Assembly: GCF_001644705.1 (NCBI RefSeq)
Contig: NZ_CP015137.1
Span: 1,980,001-2,012,000 of the forward strand
Reading direction: 5' to 3'
DNA length: 32,000 nt
Source of the DNA: Dickeya solani IPO 2222
GTDB lineage: Bacteria > Pseudomonadota > Gammaproteobacteria > Enterobacterales > Enterobacteriaceae
The position numbers and the translations under genes were made by a program. Under the pieces are notes generated by a model, which was given only the letters and a program-made list of their open reading frames with translations, was not told where the DNA came from and did no database searches. Shown here in pieces: positions 1-9,433 of this stretch; the stretch's first letter is position 1, and each line of letters begins with the position of its first letter.

Positions 1-2
1 TG

Positions 3-170
3 CCTAATGTAAGAGTCGTGGGTACTGATGTCGACCCTGTCTGCGTCAACCTGTATATGGTGTTGGGCAAAAGAAGCCCGCAACACCTCGTCAGTTGCTA
101 TGTGCAGGAAGACGGTGCCTGGAAGCTGCGCTCAGTGACGGATCTGAACGAGATGTTTACCAAAAAATAA
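3..170 (+). CDS. 3' end of an unidentified CDS that starts upstream of the window (...SCYVQEDGAWKLRSVTDLNEMFTKK*)
   Basis: Read by hand, frame 3 is open from the window edge to TAA 168-170 (56 codons). It is absent from the ORF track because it has no long in-window start. A strong terminator follows about 40 nt later. I do not recognise the product. Confidence 0.4.
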   Translation, partial: PNVRVVGTDVDPVCVNLYMVLGKRSPQHLVSCYVQEDGAWKLRSVTDLNEMFTKK

Positions 171-208
171 CTGATGCTGGCGAAAGCCGCTCAGCCGATC
201 CTGCGTAT

Positions 209-247
209 AAAAAACGGCCCCGGTTTTAATCGGGGCCGTTTTTGTTT
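209..247. terminator. Bidirectional rho-independent terminator between the upstream gene and dppF
   Basis: 12-bp stem aaaacggccccg (211-222) / cggggccgtttt (231-242) with an 8-nt loop. It is flanked by an A-run on the left and a T-run on the right, so it reads as hairpin plus U-tract on both strands. Confidence 0.75.
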
Positions 248-274
248 CACTACCGATGTTACTTACCACAGACG

Positions 275-1282
275 TCAGCTTACCTGACTGTCCTCCTGCT
301 CCACCGCAAAGCAGGCGACCAGTTGCTCGCCGTGCGGTTTCAGCTGCGGCTGCAGCTGGGTGCAGGTGCCGAAGCGGTGCTGGCAGCGGGCGTTGAAAGC
401 GCAGCCCGGCGGCGGACTGAGCGGGCTTGGCAGCTCGCCGGTCAGCTTGATGCGTTCGCGGCGAGCGTCCGGGTTCAGACGCGGCGTAGCGGACAACAGC
501 GCCTGGGTGTACGGGTGGCGCGGGTTGCTGAAAATCGCGTCTTTGCTGCCTTTCTCCACACAGCGGCCCAGATACATCACCATCACTTCATCGGCGATGT
601 GCTCCACCACCGACAGGTCGTGCGAGATGAACACGTAAGACAGCCCCAGATCCTGCTGCAAATCCATCATCAGGTTCAGCACCTGCGCGCGCACCGACAC
701 GTCCAGCGCGGACACCGGTTCGTCGGCGATCACCACGTCCGGGTCGAGCATCAGCCCGCGGGCGATGGCGATACGCTGGCGCTGGCCGCCGGAAAACATG
801 TGCGGATAGCGGTCGTAGTGCTCGGTTTTCAGGCCCACTTTCGCCATCATCGCCAGCGCTTTCTCGCGGCGTTCCGCCTTGCTGAGATCGGTGTTGATCA
901 CCAGCGGCTCTTCCAGGATCTGGCCGACCTTTTTACGCGGATTAAGCGACGCATACGGATTCTGGAACACGATCTGAATTTTCTGCCGGCGCAGCTTCTG
1001 CGCCGCCGGGTCCGGCTTGAGCAGGTCCTGCCCCTGATAATACAACTCACCGTGCGACGGGGTTTCAATCATGGTCAGCAAGCGGCCCAGCGTGGACTTG
1101 CCACAGCCGGACTCACCCACCACCGCCAGCGTTTTGCCGCGCTCCAGCGTGAAAGACACGCCGTCCAGCGCCTTTACCAGCCGCTCCGGCGCGAACAACC
1201 CTTTTTTCACCGGGTAGTGTTTTTTCAAATCAATCGCCTGCAGCAGATACGGCTGCCCGGCGGCATTCATGGTCTGGCTCAT
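275..1282 (-). CDS. dppF: Dipeptide ABC transporter ATP-binding protein DppF
   Basis: 335 codons. Walker [10 protein letters not shown], signature [15 protein letters not shown] and Walker [13 protein letters not shown], plus the C-terminal oligopeptide/dipeptide ABC extension. Its ATG overlaps the dppD stop (ATGA). It is the last gene of a dppABCDF-ordered operon. Confidence 0.93.
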   Translation of the reverse strand: MSQTMNAAGQPYLLQAIDLKKHYPVKKGLFAPERLVKALDGVSFTLERGKTLAVVGESGCGKSTLGRLLTMIETPSHGELYYQGQDLLKPDPAAQKLRRQKIQIVFQNPYASLNPRKKVGQILEEPLVINTDLSKAERREKALAMMAKVGLKTEHYDRYPHMFSGGQRQRIAIARGLMLDPDVVIADEPVSALDVSVRAQVLNLMMDLQQDLGLSYVFISHDLSVVEHIADEVMVMYLGRCVEKGSKDAIFSNPRHPYTQALLSATPRLNPDARRERIKLTGELPSPLSPPPGCAFNARCQHRFGTCTQLQPQLKPHGEQLVACFAVEQEDSQVS

Positions 1283-2259
1283 ACGGTTGGCCTCCCCGCA
1301 TCATCCAGCGGTGTATGACATTTCACCTGACGACCGGGGATGTCCCGCATCTCAGGCTCTTCCTGACGGCAACGGTCGCTGGCGTACGGGCAACGCGGAT
1401 TGAGCAGGCAGCCGTTCGGCCGGTCGTATTTGCCCGGCACCACGCCCGGCAGCGACGCCAGGCGGGACTTGTCCACCGCGAATTCCGGCAGCGCGCGCAG
1501 CAACGCCTGGGTATAAGGGTGACGCGGGGCGCGGAAAATGTCCGACGCCTTACCGGATTCCACCACCTGCCCGGCGTACATCACGATGATGTGGTGCGCC
1601 GCTTCCGCCACCAGCGCCAGATCATGGGTAATCAGGATCAGCGCCATGTTCTCTTTCTGCTGCAACTCCAGCAGCAGTTCGATGATCTGCGCCTGAATGG
1701 TCACGTCCAGCGCCGTCGTCGGTTCATCGGCGATCAGCAGCTTCGGCCGACAGGCGATCGCCATCGCGATCATCACGCGCTGGCTCATCCCACCCGACAG
1801 TTGATGCGGATACACATCCAGCCGCGATTCCGGGTCGGGAATACCCACCTGATTCAACAGGTCGATCGCCCGCTGACGGCGGGTTTTGCGGTTGCCGCCC
1901 TGATGCACCTTGATGGCTTCCATAATCTGGAAACCCACGGTGTAGCAGGGATTGAGGCTGGTCATCGGGTCCTGGAAGATCATCGCCACTTCCGCCCCCA
2001 CCAGCTGACGCCGTTCCTTATCGGACAGCGTCTGCAGGTCGCGCTGGTTGAACTCCAGCCGGTCGGCCATCACCTTGCCGGGGAAATCAATCAACCCCAT
2101 GATCGCCAGCGAACTGACGGACTTGCCGGAGCCGGACTCGCCGACGATGCCGACCACCTGCCCTTGCTCCACCTGATAGCTGATGCGGTCTACCGCGCGA
2201 AACGGCAGACCCTCATCGCCAAAGTGAACGGACAGTTTCTCTACGTTGAGTAACGCCAT
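1279..2259 (-). CDS. dppD: Dipeptide ABC transporter ATP-binding protein DppD
   Basis: Walker A GESGSGKS, signature [14 protein letters not shown] and Walker [14 protein letters not shown] moved the start from the ORF-track 2304 to ATG 2259 ([13 protein letters not shown]...). That start has a purine-rich RBS (cagaggtagagag) and does not overlap dppC. Confidence 0.9.
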   Translation of the reverse strand: MALLNVEKLSVHFGDEGLPFRAVDRISYQVEQGQVVGIVGESGSGKSVSSLAIMGLIDFPGKVMADRLEFNQRDLQTLSDKERRQLVGAEVAMIFQDPMTSLNPCYTVGFQIMEAIKVHQGGNRKTRRQRAIDLLNQVGIPDPESRLDVYPHQLSGGMSQRVMIAMAIACRPKLLIADEPTTALDVTIQAQIIELLLELQQKENMALILITHDLALVAEAAHHIIVMYAGQVVESGKASDIFRAPRHPYTQALLRALPEFAVDKSRLASLPGVVPGKYDRPNGCLLNPRCPYASDRCRQEEPEMRDIPGRQVKCHTPLDDAGRPTV

Positions 2260-2272
2260 CTCTCTACCTCTG

Positions 2273-3175
2273 TTACTGCTTGAGTTTGGGGTCGAGAGCA
2301 TCACGCAGGCCGTCCCCCATCAGGTTAAATGCCAATACCGTCAGCAGAATCGCCAGACCGGGGAACGTCACCACCCACCAGGCGCTCTGCGCAAACTGCA
2401 GCACGTCGGAGAGCATGGTGCCCCATTCCGGTGTGGGCGGCTGTGCGCCCATGCCGAGGAACCCAAGCGCAGCCATGTCGAGAATGGCGTTGGAAAATCC
2501 CATCGATGCCTGCACGATCAACGGCGCCAGGCAGTTAGGGAGAATGTTGACGAACATCTGGCGTAGCGGACCGGCGCCCGCCACCCGCGAGGCGGTGACG
2601 TAGTCGCGGTTGACTTCCACCAGCACCGCGGCGCGGGTCAGGCGCACATAGTGCGGCAGTGACACGAAGGTCAACGCCAGCGACGCATTGACGATGGACG
2701 GCCCAAAAATCGCCACCAGCACCAGCGCCAGCAGCAGGCTCGGCAGCGCCAGCATGATATCCACCAGACGCATGATGGCGGCATCGACCGCGCCGCCGAA
2801 GTAACCGGCGACCAGACCGAAGACGACGCCGAGGATCAGCGACATCAACACCACCAGACAGCCCACCAGCAGCGACAGGCGCGCGCCGTACATCAGGCGC
2901 GACAGAACGTCGCGGCCCACGTCGTCGGTGCCGAAGATGTACTGCCAGCTGCCGCCTTCCTGCCATACCGGCGGTTTCAGCAGCGCGTCGCGGAACTGCT
3001 CGGCCGGCGAATGCGGCGCCAGCACGCTGGCGCCAATCGCCACCACCAGCATCAGAATGATGTAGACCAGGCCGACCACGGCCCCTTTATTACGTTTGAA
3101 ATAGTGCCAGAACTCCTGCAGCGGGGTCATCGGCTTCGGCGCAGTCGTCGCTGCGGATTCGGTAACGTGAGTCAT
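2273..3175 (-). CDS. dppC: Dipeptide ABC transporter permease DppC
   Basis: 300 codons and multi-TM. It has a binding-protein-dependent transport permease EAA-type loop ([23 protein letters not shown]) and lies between dppB and dppD. Confidence 0.93.
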   Translation of the reverse strand: MTHVTESAATTAPKPMTPLQEFWHYFKRNKGAVVGLVYIILMLVVAIGASVLAPHSPAEQFRDALLKPPVWQEGGSWQYIFGTDDVGRDVLSRLMYGARLSLLVGCLVVLMSLILGVVFGLVAGYFGGAVDAAIMRLVDIMLALPSLLLALVLVAIFGPSIVNASLALTFVSLPHYVRLTRAAVLVEVNRDYVTASRVAGAGPLRQMFVNILPNCLAPLIVQASMGFSNAILDMAALGFLGMGAQPPTPEWGTMLSDVLQFAQSAWWVVTFPGLAILLTVLAFNLMGDGLRDALDPKLKQ

Positions 3176-3187
3176 CTCCGCTTCCCC

Positions 3188-4207
3188 TTATTTCTTGTGC
3201 CGGATGCGCGGGTTCACCACGCCATAAAGCAGATCCACCAGCAGGTTCACCATAATGATCATGGTGGCGACCAGCAGCACCCCGCTCTGCACCACCGGAT
3301 AGTCGCGGCGCTGCAGCGCGTCGATCAGCCAGCGGCCCAGCCCCGGCCAGGAGAAGATGGTCTCGGTGAGGATCGCCCCGGCCAGCATGGTGCCGACCTG
3401 CAGACCAATCACCGTCACCACCGGCAGCATAGCGTTGCGCAATGCATGCACCACAATCACCCGCAGGCGGCTCAGGCCCTTGGCGCGGGCGGTGCGGATA
3501 TAATCCTCGCCCAGCACTTCCAGCATCGCCGAGCGTGTCATACGCACAATTACCGCCAGCGGAATGGTGCCGAGCACCACAGCCGGCAACACCATGTGCA
3601 TCACGGCGTCTTTGAAGTCGCCCTCCGCACCCCAGATCAAGGTATCGATCAGCATAAAGCCGGTCAGCGGCAGGGAGTCATCCAGAAACACGGTGTCGCC
3701 CACCCGGCCGGATACCGGCGTCAGGTTAAGCTGCACCGACACCAGCATGATCAACATCATGCCCCACCAGAAAATCGGCATGGAGTAGCCGGTCAATGCC
3801 AGACTGACCGAGGTATGATCGAACACGGAACCACGCTTGACCGCCGCCAGCACCCCGATCGGAATACCGACGATCACCGCGAAAATCATCGCGCAGACGC
3901 CCAGTTCCAGCGTGGCTTTGAAACGCGGCACGAATTCGTCCCAGACCGGCATGCGGCTCTTCAGGGACATGCCCAGATCGCCGTGCAACACACCGTTGAT
4001 GTAGTGGAGGTATTGCTCCCAGAGAGGCTTGTCCAGCCCCAGTTCCGCCATCAGCTGCGCGTGGCGCTCCGGAGAAATACCGCGCTCTCCTACCATGATC
4101 ATCACCGGGTCGCCGGGGATCAAGTGTACGAAAGCGAAAGTCAGTAGGGTAATACCGATAAACGTTGGGATAACCAGCCCCAAACGACGGAGTATGAACT
4201 GCAACAT
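3188..4207 (-). CDS. dppB: Dipeptide ABC transporter permease DppB
   Basis: 339 codons and multi-TM, with the EAA-type loop YIRTARAKGLSRLRVIVVHALRNAMLP. It is the second gene of the operon. Confidence 0.93.
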   Translation of the reverse strand: MLQFILRRLGLVIPTFIGITLLTFAFVHLIPGDPVMIMVGERGISPERHAQLMAELGLDKPLWEQYLHYINGVLHGDLGMSLKSRMPVWDEFVPRFKATLELGVCAMIFAVIVGIPIGVLAAVKRGSVFDHTSVSLALTGYSMPIFWWGMMLIMLVSVQLNLTPVSGRVGDTVFLDDSLPLTGFMLIDTLIWGAEGDFKDAVMHMVLPAVVLGTIPLAVIVRMTRSAMLEVLGEDYIRTARAKGLSRLRVIVVHALRNAMLPVVTVIGLQVGTMLAGAILTETIFSWPGLGRWLIDALQRRDYPVVQSGVLLVATMIIMVNLLVDLLYGVVNPRIRHKK

Positions 4208-4307
4208 ATCCCGAACTCTCTGTGCTTTCTCTTATAGAGATATAAAGGGCCCGATGGCGCTCACCATCGAGCCTGACATTGCTCACTGCTTAAAACAGAC
4301 GTTGAAG

Positions 4308-4360
4308 CGCCCCCTGTTGTTCTCCTACAGAAACACTTTCCTCTAGAAACAACAGGGGCG
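4308..4360 (-). promoter_or_regulatory. Intercistronic stem-loop between dppA and dppB (possible mRNA stabiliser or partial terminator)
   Basis: 11-bp perfect stem cccctgttgtt (4311-4321) / aacaacagggg (4348-4358) plus 2 outer GC pairs, with a 26-nt loop. It sits in the 195-bp dppA-dppB gap. Only a weak U-tract follows on the minus strand. Confidence 0.45.
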
Positions 4361-4402
4361 ACAGCGCTGCCATCGCCCATAAATGTGACGTGATAGATAG
4401 TC

Positions 4403-6010
4403 TTAATCTACTGATACGTGATTGAAGCTGTGCACGCCGCGCGGCTCGATGACGTAGCCTTTCACGTTTTTACGGATCGGTTCATACACGGTGGAGTGCG
4501 CCACAATCAGCGCCGGAGCCTGATCGTGCATCACAACCTGAGCCTGCTTGTACAGTTCGATACGTTTAGCCTGATCGGACACCGCACGAGCCGGCTGGAT
4601 CAGATCTTCAAACGGCTTGTAACACCACTTGGAGTAGTTGGAGCCTTTCTTCGCCGCGTCGCAGCTGAACAGGGTGGCCAGGAAGTTATCCGGATCCCCG
4701 TTGTCGCCGGTCCAGCCCATCAGCACCGTCTGGTGTTCACCGGCTTTAGCGCGTTTGAGGTACTCGCCCCACTCGTAGGTGACGATCTTGGCTTTCACGC
4801 CCACTTTCGCCCAGTCAGCCTGAATCATCTCCGCCATACGGCGGGCATTCGGGTTGTACGGACGCTGTACCGGCATCGCCCACAGGTCGATTTCGAACCC
4901 GCTTTCCAGACCCGCTTCTTTCAGCAGTTCCTTAGCTTTGGCCGGATCGTAAGCGTAATCTTTAACGTCGTCGTTATAGCCCCACATGGTCGGCGGAATC
5001 AGGTTTTTCGCGGCCTGACCGGCACCCTGATAAACCGCTTCGATGATCGCCTGCTTGTTCACCGCGTAAGTCAGCGCCTGACGCACTTTCACGTTATCCA
5101 GCGGTTTCTTCTCGACGTTGAACGACAGATAACCCACGTTCAGGCCCGGCTTCTGCAGCAGTTCAATGTTCTTGTCCTGCTTCATGCTGGCCAGATCGGC
5201 CGGGTTCGGGTACGGCATCACCTGACATTCGTCTTTCTGCAGCTTGGCGTAACGCACGGACGCATCCGGCGTAATAGAGAACACCAGACGATCGATGCCC
5301 GGCTTGGTGCCCCAGAAGCTGTCAAAACGTTTGTAGAGGATGCGGGAGTCTTTCTGGTACTGCTGCAACTGGAACGGACCGGTGCCGATCGGGTCCAGGT
5401 CGATTTTCTCCGGCGAACCGGCTTTCAGCATTTTGTCGCCATACTCGGCGGACATGATGGAGGCAAAGTCCATCGCCAGGTCGGCCAGGAACGGCGCTTC
5501 GGCGCGGGTCAGTTGGAAACGGACGGTATAGTCGTCCACTTTCTCGATTTTGCCGATCAATTCCGGCATACCCATGCCTTCAAAGTATTCGTAGCTGCCG
5601 CCGGAAACTTTGTGGAACGGGTGATTGGCGTCCATCTGGCGCTGGAAGGAGAACAGCACGTCGTCAGCGTTGAACGTACGGCTCGGTTTGAACTCTTTGC
5701 TGTCCTGCCACTTCACGCCTTTGCGCAGATGGAACGTATACGTTTTGCCGTCGGCGCTGATATCCCATTTTTCGGCCAGACCCGGTTCAATTTCCGTGGT
5801 GCCGTTTTTGAATTCAACCAGACGGTTGTAAATAGGAATGGAGCTGGCGTCAAAGGTGGTACCGGACGTGAACAGCTGCGGGTTAAAACCTTCCGGAGAA
5901 CCTTCTGAGCAATACACCAGGGTTTTTGCCTGTACGCCAGCGGCAACGGACAGCGCCAGCAAACCAAGGCTGAATTTCAGCACCCTTGATTTCATCAGGG
6001 ATTTAGCCAT
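4403..6010 (-). CDS. dppA: Periplasmic dipeptide-binding protein DppA (SBP family 5)
   Basis: 535 codons. Sec signal peptide MAKSLMKSRVLKFSLGLLALSVAAGVQA followed by KTLVYCSEGSPEGFNPQLF, typical of DppA. GGAG SD lies 8 nt upstream of the ATG. It is the first gene of dppABCDF. Confidence 0.95.
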   Translation of the reverse strand: MAKSLMKSRVLKFSLGLLALSVAAGVQAKTLVYCSEGSPEGFNPQLFTSGTTFDASSIPIYNRLVEFKNGTTEIEPGLAEKWDISADGKTYTFHLRKGVKWQDSKEFKPSRTFNADDVLFSFQRQMDANHPFHKVSGGSYEYFEGMGMPELIGKIEKVDDYTVRFQLTRAEAPFLADLAMDFASIMSAEYGDKMLKAGSPEKIDLDPIGTGPFQLQQYQKDSRILYKRFDSFWGTKPGIDRLVFSITPDASVRYAKLQKDECQVMPYPNPADLASMKQDKNIELLQKPGLNVGYLSFNVEKKPLDNVKVRQALTYAVNKQAIIEAVYQGAGQAAKNLIPPTMWGYNDDVKDYAYDPAKAKELLKEAGLESGFEIDLWAMPVQRPYNPNARRMAEMIQADWAKVGVKAKIVTYEWGEYLKRAKAGEHQTVLMGWTGDNGDPDNFLATLFSCDAAKKGSNYSKWCYKPFEDLIQPARAVSDQAKRIELYKQAQVVMHDQAPALIVAHSTVYEPIRKNVKGYVIEPRGVHSFNHVSVD

Positions 6011-6050
6011 TACATGAACTCCATTGTGGATGTTGTGTGTCAGTCAGACC

Positions 6051-6171
6051 TGTTGTTGTCGTCGCAATTGTTGTCATCGCAATTTTTTCATCGCGATTGT
6101 TGTTATCACGACTGTTGTCATTGCAACGTTGCTATCGCGATTGGGATTATCGCGACGATTTTTATCGCGGT
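6051..6171. repeat. Array of eight degenerate ~15-bp tandem repeats 40-160 nt upstream of the dppA ATG
   Basis: Units on the + strand: 6051 tgttgttgtcgtcgcaat, 6069 tgttgtcatcgcaat, 6084 tttttcatcgcgat, 6098 tgttgttatcacgac, 6113 tgttgtcattgcaac, 6128 gttgctatcgcgat, 6142 tgggattatcgcgac, 6157 gatttttatcgcggt. In dppA sense the consensus is about AUYGCGAUGACAACA. Confidence 0.85.
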
Positions 6172-7261
6172 GGTCTGTACTTTTCTCTGTTTCAGCCCGA
6201 GGAACGCGTCCGGAGACTGATGCAATACTAAGCAGGGAGAGACAACAGTGCGGGACAAGCAGGAAAACCCCCGCTAGCCCTGTCGGATCAACCATAATGA
6301 TTCCAGGTATTCTGCCGCCCTCCTCCTTGTGACGCCCACAATGTGTCAACAGATCACAATCGCGTCAATATAACCTGTTAGGATTTACAAACAAAAACCA
6401 CAGAATCATCATGGTATAAAGTTAGCGTAAATCACCACTTTATTGGTGATAAAGTCCGCAAAATAACAAAAGAACAACAGGCAGCACCACAAAAACAGCA
6501 TCAGACAATAATTATCACCACGCAAGAACTCATAGGAAAATCCTCTCGAATGGTGAATTACCGCACAATAAAGCGTGTTAAAAAGGTTAAAATCAGGTGA
6601 AAATACTGACAAAACCCTGACAGGGATGATGTATTCCTATCATCCCTGATGTCCATTCTCTAACTATTTGCGCACTATAAAAAAACTTTATACCACCGCG
6701 GCAAAAGCACCGAGCGTAGAGCACGCCGTTCGGACAGTCACCACATTACGCCCGCTGGTTTCTTCCCTGCTTGCCACAGTATGGCAGAAAAATGGCGGTT
6801 CTGTCGGATAGCAAAACCTTGCCGGCCTATTCCGGCCGCACTCCCATCGCCCTGAAATTTTATTTATATAACTTTTTAAATTTTATTTTTTCTTTATCCC
6901 TGCCGTGTTATTTCTAATAGCTAAATTCAACCACCTCTCTAAATAATCCCACCACAAACACTCACAAATTAATTTTAATTACAAAACTACGAATTAAGTT
7001 ATTTAAAGACGAATTGCTGTAAGGTTCACAATTCTTTCACGTTTGTAGTGAATGGCTATTATTTTTAACATTTACCCATGCTAGATTACCTAAAGAACAT
7101 ACTGCAATAAAAATAACATCGCCTTTTTCTTTTGATGGTGTGTCGCATGGCTACTGTACTGAACACCTATAACTTAACTGTGCGCCCATAACGCAATTTT
7201 CCACGTCTTGCAGAGCAAGTTGCTTATCTCTGTCCTATGCCGCTACAACAGGGTGAATATA

Positions 7262-8605
7262 ATGAAAAATATTGAAACTGAAATCATGAGCGATAACGCG
7301 CTCACCACCGCCACACCATCAGGTCTACTGGAAAGCCTAAATAAAACGCGCATTGGATCAGTGCCGTTTATTCTTTTCCTGGTCATTTCCGCCGTTGTAT
7401 TTATTGCGTCCTATGCCAGTTATTTGCCTAAAAACATGATCGGCGGATTCGCTGTTATTATGACCATGGGATTCCTGTTGGCTTATATCGGCCAGCGTAT
7501 TCCGGTGCTGAAAGAAATCGGCGGTCCGGCGATTCTTTGCCTGATGGTACCGTCCATTCTGGTGTATTTCCATCTGTTCAACGCCAACACGCTGGATACC
7601 GTCAAGCTGTTGATGAAAGACGCCAACTTCCTCTACTTCGTCATCGCCAGTCTGGTGGTGGGCAGCATTCTCGGCATGAACCGCGTCATCCTGATTCAGG
7701 GCATGATCCGCATGTTCATTCCGCTGGTGATAGGCACCGCCACAGCGGTGGTGACCGGCCTGCTGGTGGGTAAACTGTTTGGCTACAGCTTCTATCACAC
7801 CTTCTTCTTCATCATCGTGCCGATCATCGGCGGCGGCATCGGCGAAGGCATCCTGCCGCTATCGCTGGCCTATTCCGCCATCCTCGGCCAGGCGCCGGAC
7901 GTGTACGTCGCCCAGTTGGTGCCTGCCGCCGTTGTCGGCAACATCTTCGCCATCATCTGCGCCGGCGTGCTGGCCCGCATCGGCGTATGGCGCAGCGACC
8001 TGAACGGTAACGGCAATCTGGTGCGCAACGAAGCCGATAACGCGCTGTTTGCGGTGAAAGACGCGCCGAAAACGGTGGATTTCCATCTGATGGGCGGCGG
8101 TCTGCTGCTGATCTGCACCTTCTTCATCGTCGGCGGACTGTTTGAAAAAGTGCTGCATATCCCCGGCCCGGTGCTGATGATTCTGATCGCGGTGCTGTGC
8201 AAATACGGTCGTGTTATCCCATCCAGCATGGAAACCGGCGCCAACAGCTTCTACAAGTTCGTGTCCAGTTCGCTGGTGTGGCCGCTGATGATCGGTCTGG
8301 GCATGCTGTACGTGCCGCTGGAAAGCGTGGTGGCGGTGTTCTCCGTCGGTTACGTGGTGGTGTGCGGTTCCGTGGTGCTCTCAATGGCGCTGATCAGCTT
8401 CTTCATCGCGCCGTACCTGAAGATGTACCCGATTGAAGCCTCCATCGTGACCAGCTGCCACAGCGGTCTGGGCGGCACGGGCGACGTGGCGATCCTGTCC
8501 GCTTCCAACCGCATGTCGTTGATGCCGTTCGCGCAAATCGCCACCCGTATCGGCGGCGCTTCTACCGTGATCGCCGCCACCCTGCTGCTCGGCTGGCTGG
8601 TGTAA
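7262..8605 (+). CDS. citS: 2-hydroxycarboxylate transporter family carrier (CitS-like citrate/Na+ symporter)
   Basis: About 447 codons and multi-TM. The C-terminal motif GLGGTGDVAILSASNRMSLMPFAQIATRIGG resembles the CitS GGSGDLEVLSACNRMNLISYAQISSRLGG region as I recall it. It lies next to a CitA/CitB-type two-component system. I chose ATG 7262 (GGGTGA RBS) over the TTG at 7208. Substrate (citrate or malate) is not decidable here. Confidence 0.8.
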   Translation: MKNIETEIMSDNALTTATPSGLLESLNKTRIGSVPFILFLVISAVVFIASYASYLPKNMIGGFAVIMTMGFLLAYIGQRIPVLKEIGGPAILCLMVPSILVYFHLFNANTLDTVKLLMKDANFLYFVIASLVVGSILGMNRVILIQGMIRMFIPLVIGTATAVVTGLLVGKLFGYSFYHTFFFIIVPIIGGGIGEGILPLSLAYSAILGQAPDVYVAQLVPAAVVGNIFAIICAGVLARIGVWRSDLNGNGNLVRNEADNALFAVKDAPKTVDFHLMGGGLLLICTFFIVGGLFEKVLHIPGPVLMILIAVLCKYGRVIPSSMETGANSFYKFVSSSLVWPLMIGLGMLYVPLESVVAVFSVGYVVVCGSVVLSMALISFFIAPYLKMYPIEASIVTSCHSGLGGTGDVAILSASNRMSLMPFAQIATRIGGASTVIAATLLLGWLV

Positions 8606-8630
8606 TTCTTCATCGGATTTATATGCGACC

Positions 8631-8660
8631 AGGCCACGGATTCCGTGGCCTTTTTCGTTT
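8631..8660 (+). terminator. Rho-independent terminator of the citS-like gene
   Basis: Hairpin aggccacg-gattc-cgtggcct followed by ttttcgtttt, 25 nt after the stop codon. Confidence 0.75.
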
Positions 8661-8671
8661 TACACGCCTGA

Positions 8672-8698
8672 TAAAAAAGCCACGCTGATCGTGGCTTT
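8672..8698 (-). terminator. Rho-independent terminator of citB
   Basis: The minus strand reads aaagccacg-atcag-cgtggcttt followed by tttttat. It starts 13 nt after the citB stop. Confidence 0.75.
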
Positions 8699-8710
8699 GT
8701 CGTTTCGGCG

Positions 8711-9433
8711 TTATTCGCAGTACTGGCGCAGCGCGTCCTGTTTCTCCGGTAGCAATCGGTAGAGATAGACCGGGCGGCCGGTGGAGCCGTAGAGAATGTT
8801 GGTGTCGAGAATGCCGGTGTCAGCCAAATAGATCAGATATTTACGGCAAGACACGCGGGAGATGCCAATGGCGTTGGCCAGCATCTCGGTGGAGAACTCC
8901 GCCCCCTGATTGCTCTCGACCCATTCGCAGACGGTGCGCAGCGTCAGGCTGGTCAGCCCTTTCGGCAGTTTCTTGCGCTCCACCGTCGGGGTCCCGCTGG
9001 TGCGGCGAATCAGATTATCGATGTCCGACTGCGCCACGAACTCACGGTGTTTGAGCAGATTGGCCTCTTCCCGATAGGCGGTCAACGCCTGCTCGAAACG
9101 GGCAAACTGGAACGGCTTGATCAGGTAGTCCACCACGCCGTAATGCAGCGCTTTTTTGATGGTATACACATCGCTGGCCGACGAAATGATAATCACGTCC
9201 GTGTGTTCGCTGAATTCACGGATCGTGGGCAGCAAATCCAGACCATTATCCTGCTGCATGTAGATATCCAGCAGCACCAGATCAATCTCGCAGTCCGGCT
9301 GCATCAGCAGATTTCGCGCCTGCTGCAGCGTCGGCACCGTCGCGTAGCAGCTAAACCCGGAAATCTGATTCAGATAACACTTATTCAACTCCGCCACCAT
9401 GGCGTCATCATCGACGATCAGTACATTTATCAT
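8711..9433 (-). CDS. citB: CitB/DpiA-type response regulator
   Basis: Receiver domain (INVLIVDDD..., phospho-acceptor context LVLLDIYM, ...IKP) plus a C-terminal HTH (TEMLANAIGISRVSCRKYLIYL), as in CitB/DcuR-family regulators. I prefer ATG 9433 to the TTG 9439 used by the ORF track. Confidence 0.85.
   Translation of the reverse strand: MINVLIVDDDAMVAELNKCYLNQISGFSCYATVPTLQQARNLLMQPDCEIDLVLLDIYMQQDNGLDLLPTIREFSEHTDVIIISSASDVYTIKKALHYGVVDYLIKPFQFARFEQALTAYREEANLLKHREFVAQSDIDNLIRRTSGTPTVERKKLPKGLTSLTLRTVCEWVESNQGAEFSTEMLANAIGISRVSCRKYLIYLADTGILDTNILYGSTGRPVYLYRLLPEKQDALRQYCE

Noticed and set aside
242-1318. 358-aa plus-strand ORF antisense to dppF. Similar ORFs occur at 1315-2253, 2246-2603 and 2535-2966.
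   Set aside because: It mirrors a gene with unambiguous ABC-transporter motifs on the other strand. Its product is R/H/Q/G-rich low-complexity sequence typical of antisense frames in GC-rich DNA. It has no RBS.
3011-4147. 378-aa plus-strand ORF antisense to dppB/dppC
   Set aside because: Same reasoning as above. It is His/Arg/Gln-rich with no recognisable domain, and it spans the dppC/dppB gene boundary.
4418-5908. 496-aa plus-strand ORF antisense to dppA
   Set aside because: dppA on the minus strand has a signal peptide, an SD and a family-5 SBP sequence. The antisense frame has none of these and is an artefact of codon bias.
6051-6171. Possibility that the tandem repeats are a CRISPR array
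   Set aside because: The units are only 14-18 bp and directly abut with no spacers. There are no cas genes. This is a simple degenerate tandem repeat.
6014-6349. Four overlapping 64-102-aa ORFs (three plus-strand, one minus-strand) across the dppA upstream repeat array
   Set aside because: The open frames are a by-product of the 15-bp (5-codon) periodic repeat. Several frames are open at once, none has an RBS, and the products are Cys/Val/Ile-rich nonsense.
6409-6612. 67-aa minus-strand ORF in AT-rich DNA
   Set aside because: It has no SD, lies in an AT-rich non-coding context, has Phe/Cys/Leu-rich composition, and uses a non-ATG-type start in the track. It is probably spurious, though a small membrane peptide cannot be fully excluded.
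7020-7060. CRP-like half sites (ttcac repeats, ttcac-gtttgta-gtgaa) upstream of the citS-like gene, and tgtgt-N7-tcaca at 6342-6358
   Set aside because: Arm orientation or spacing does not fit TGTGA-N6-TCACA. I do not count them as CRP sites.
6011-7261. Expected tRNA-Pro (proK), by analogy with the E. coli dppA upstream region
   Set aside because: I could not find a cloverleaf-compatible sequence or the conserved GGTTCRAATCC T-arm motif anywhere in the region.
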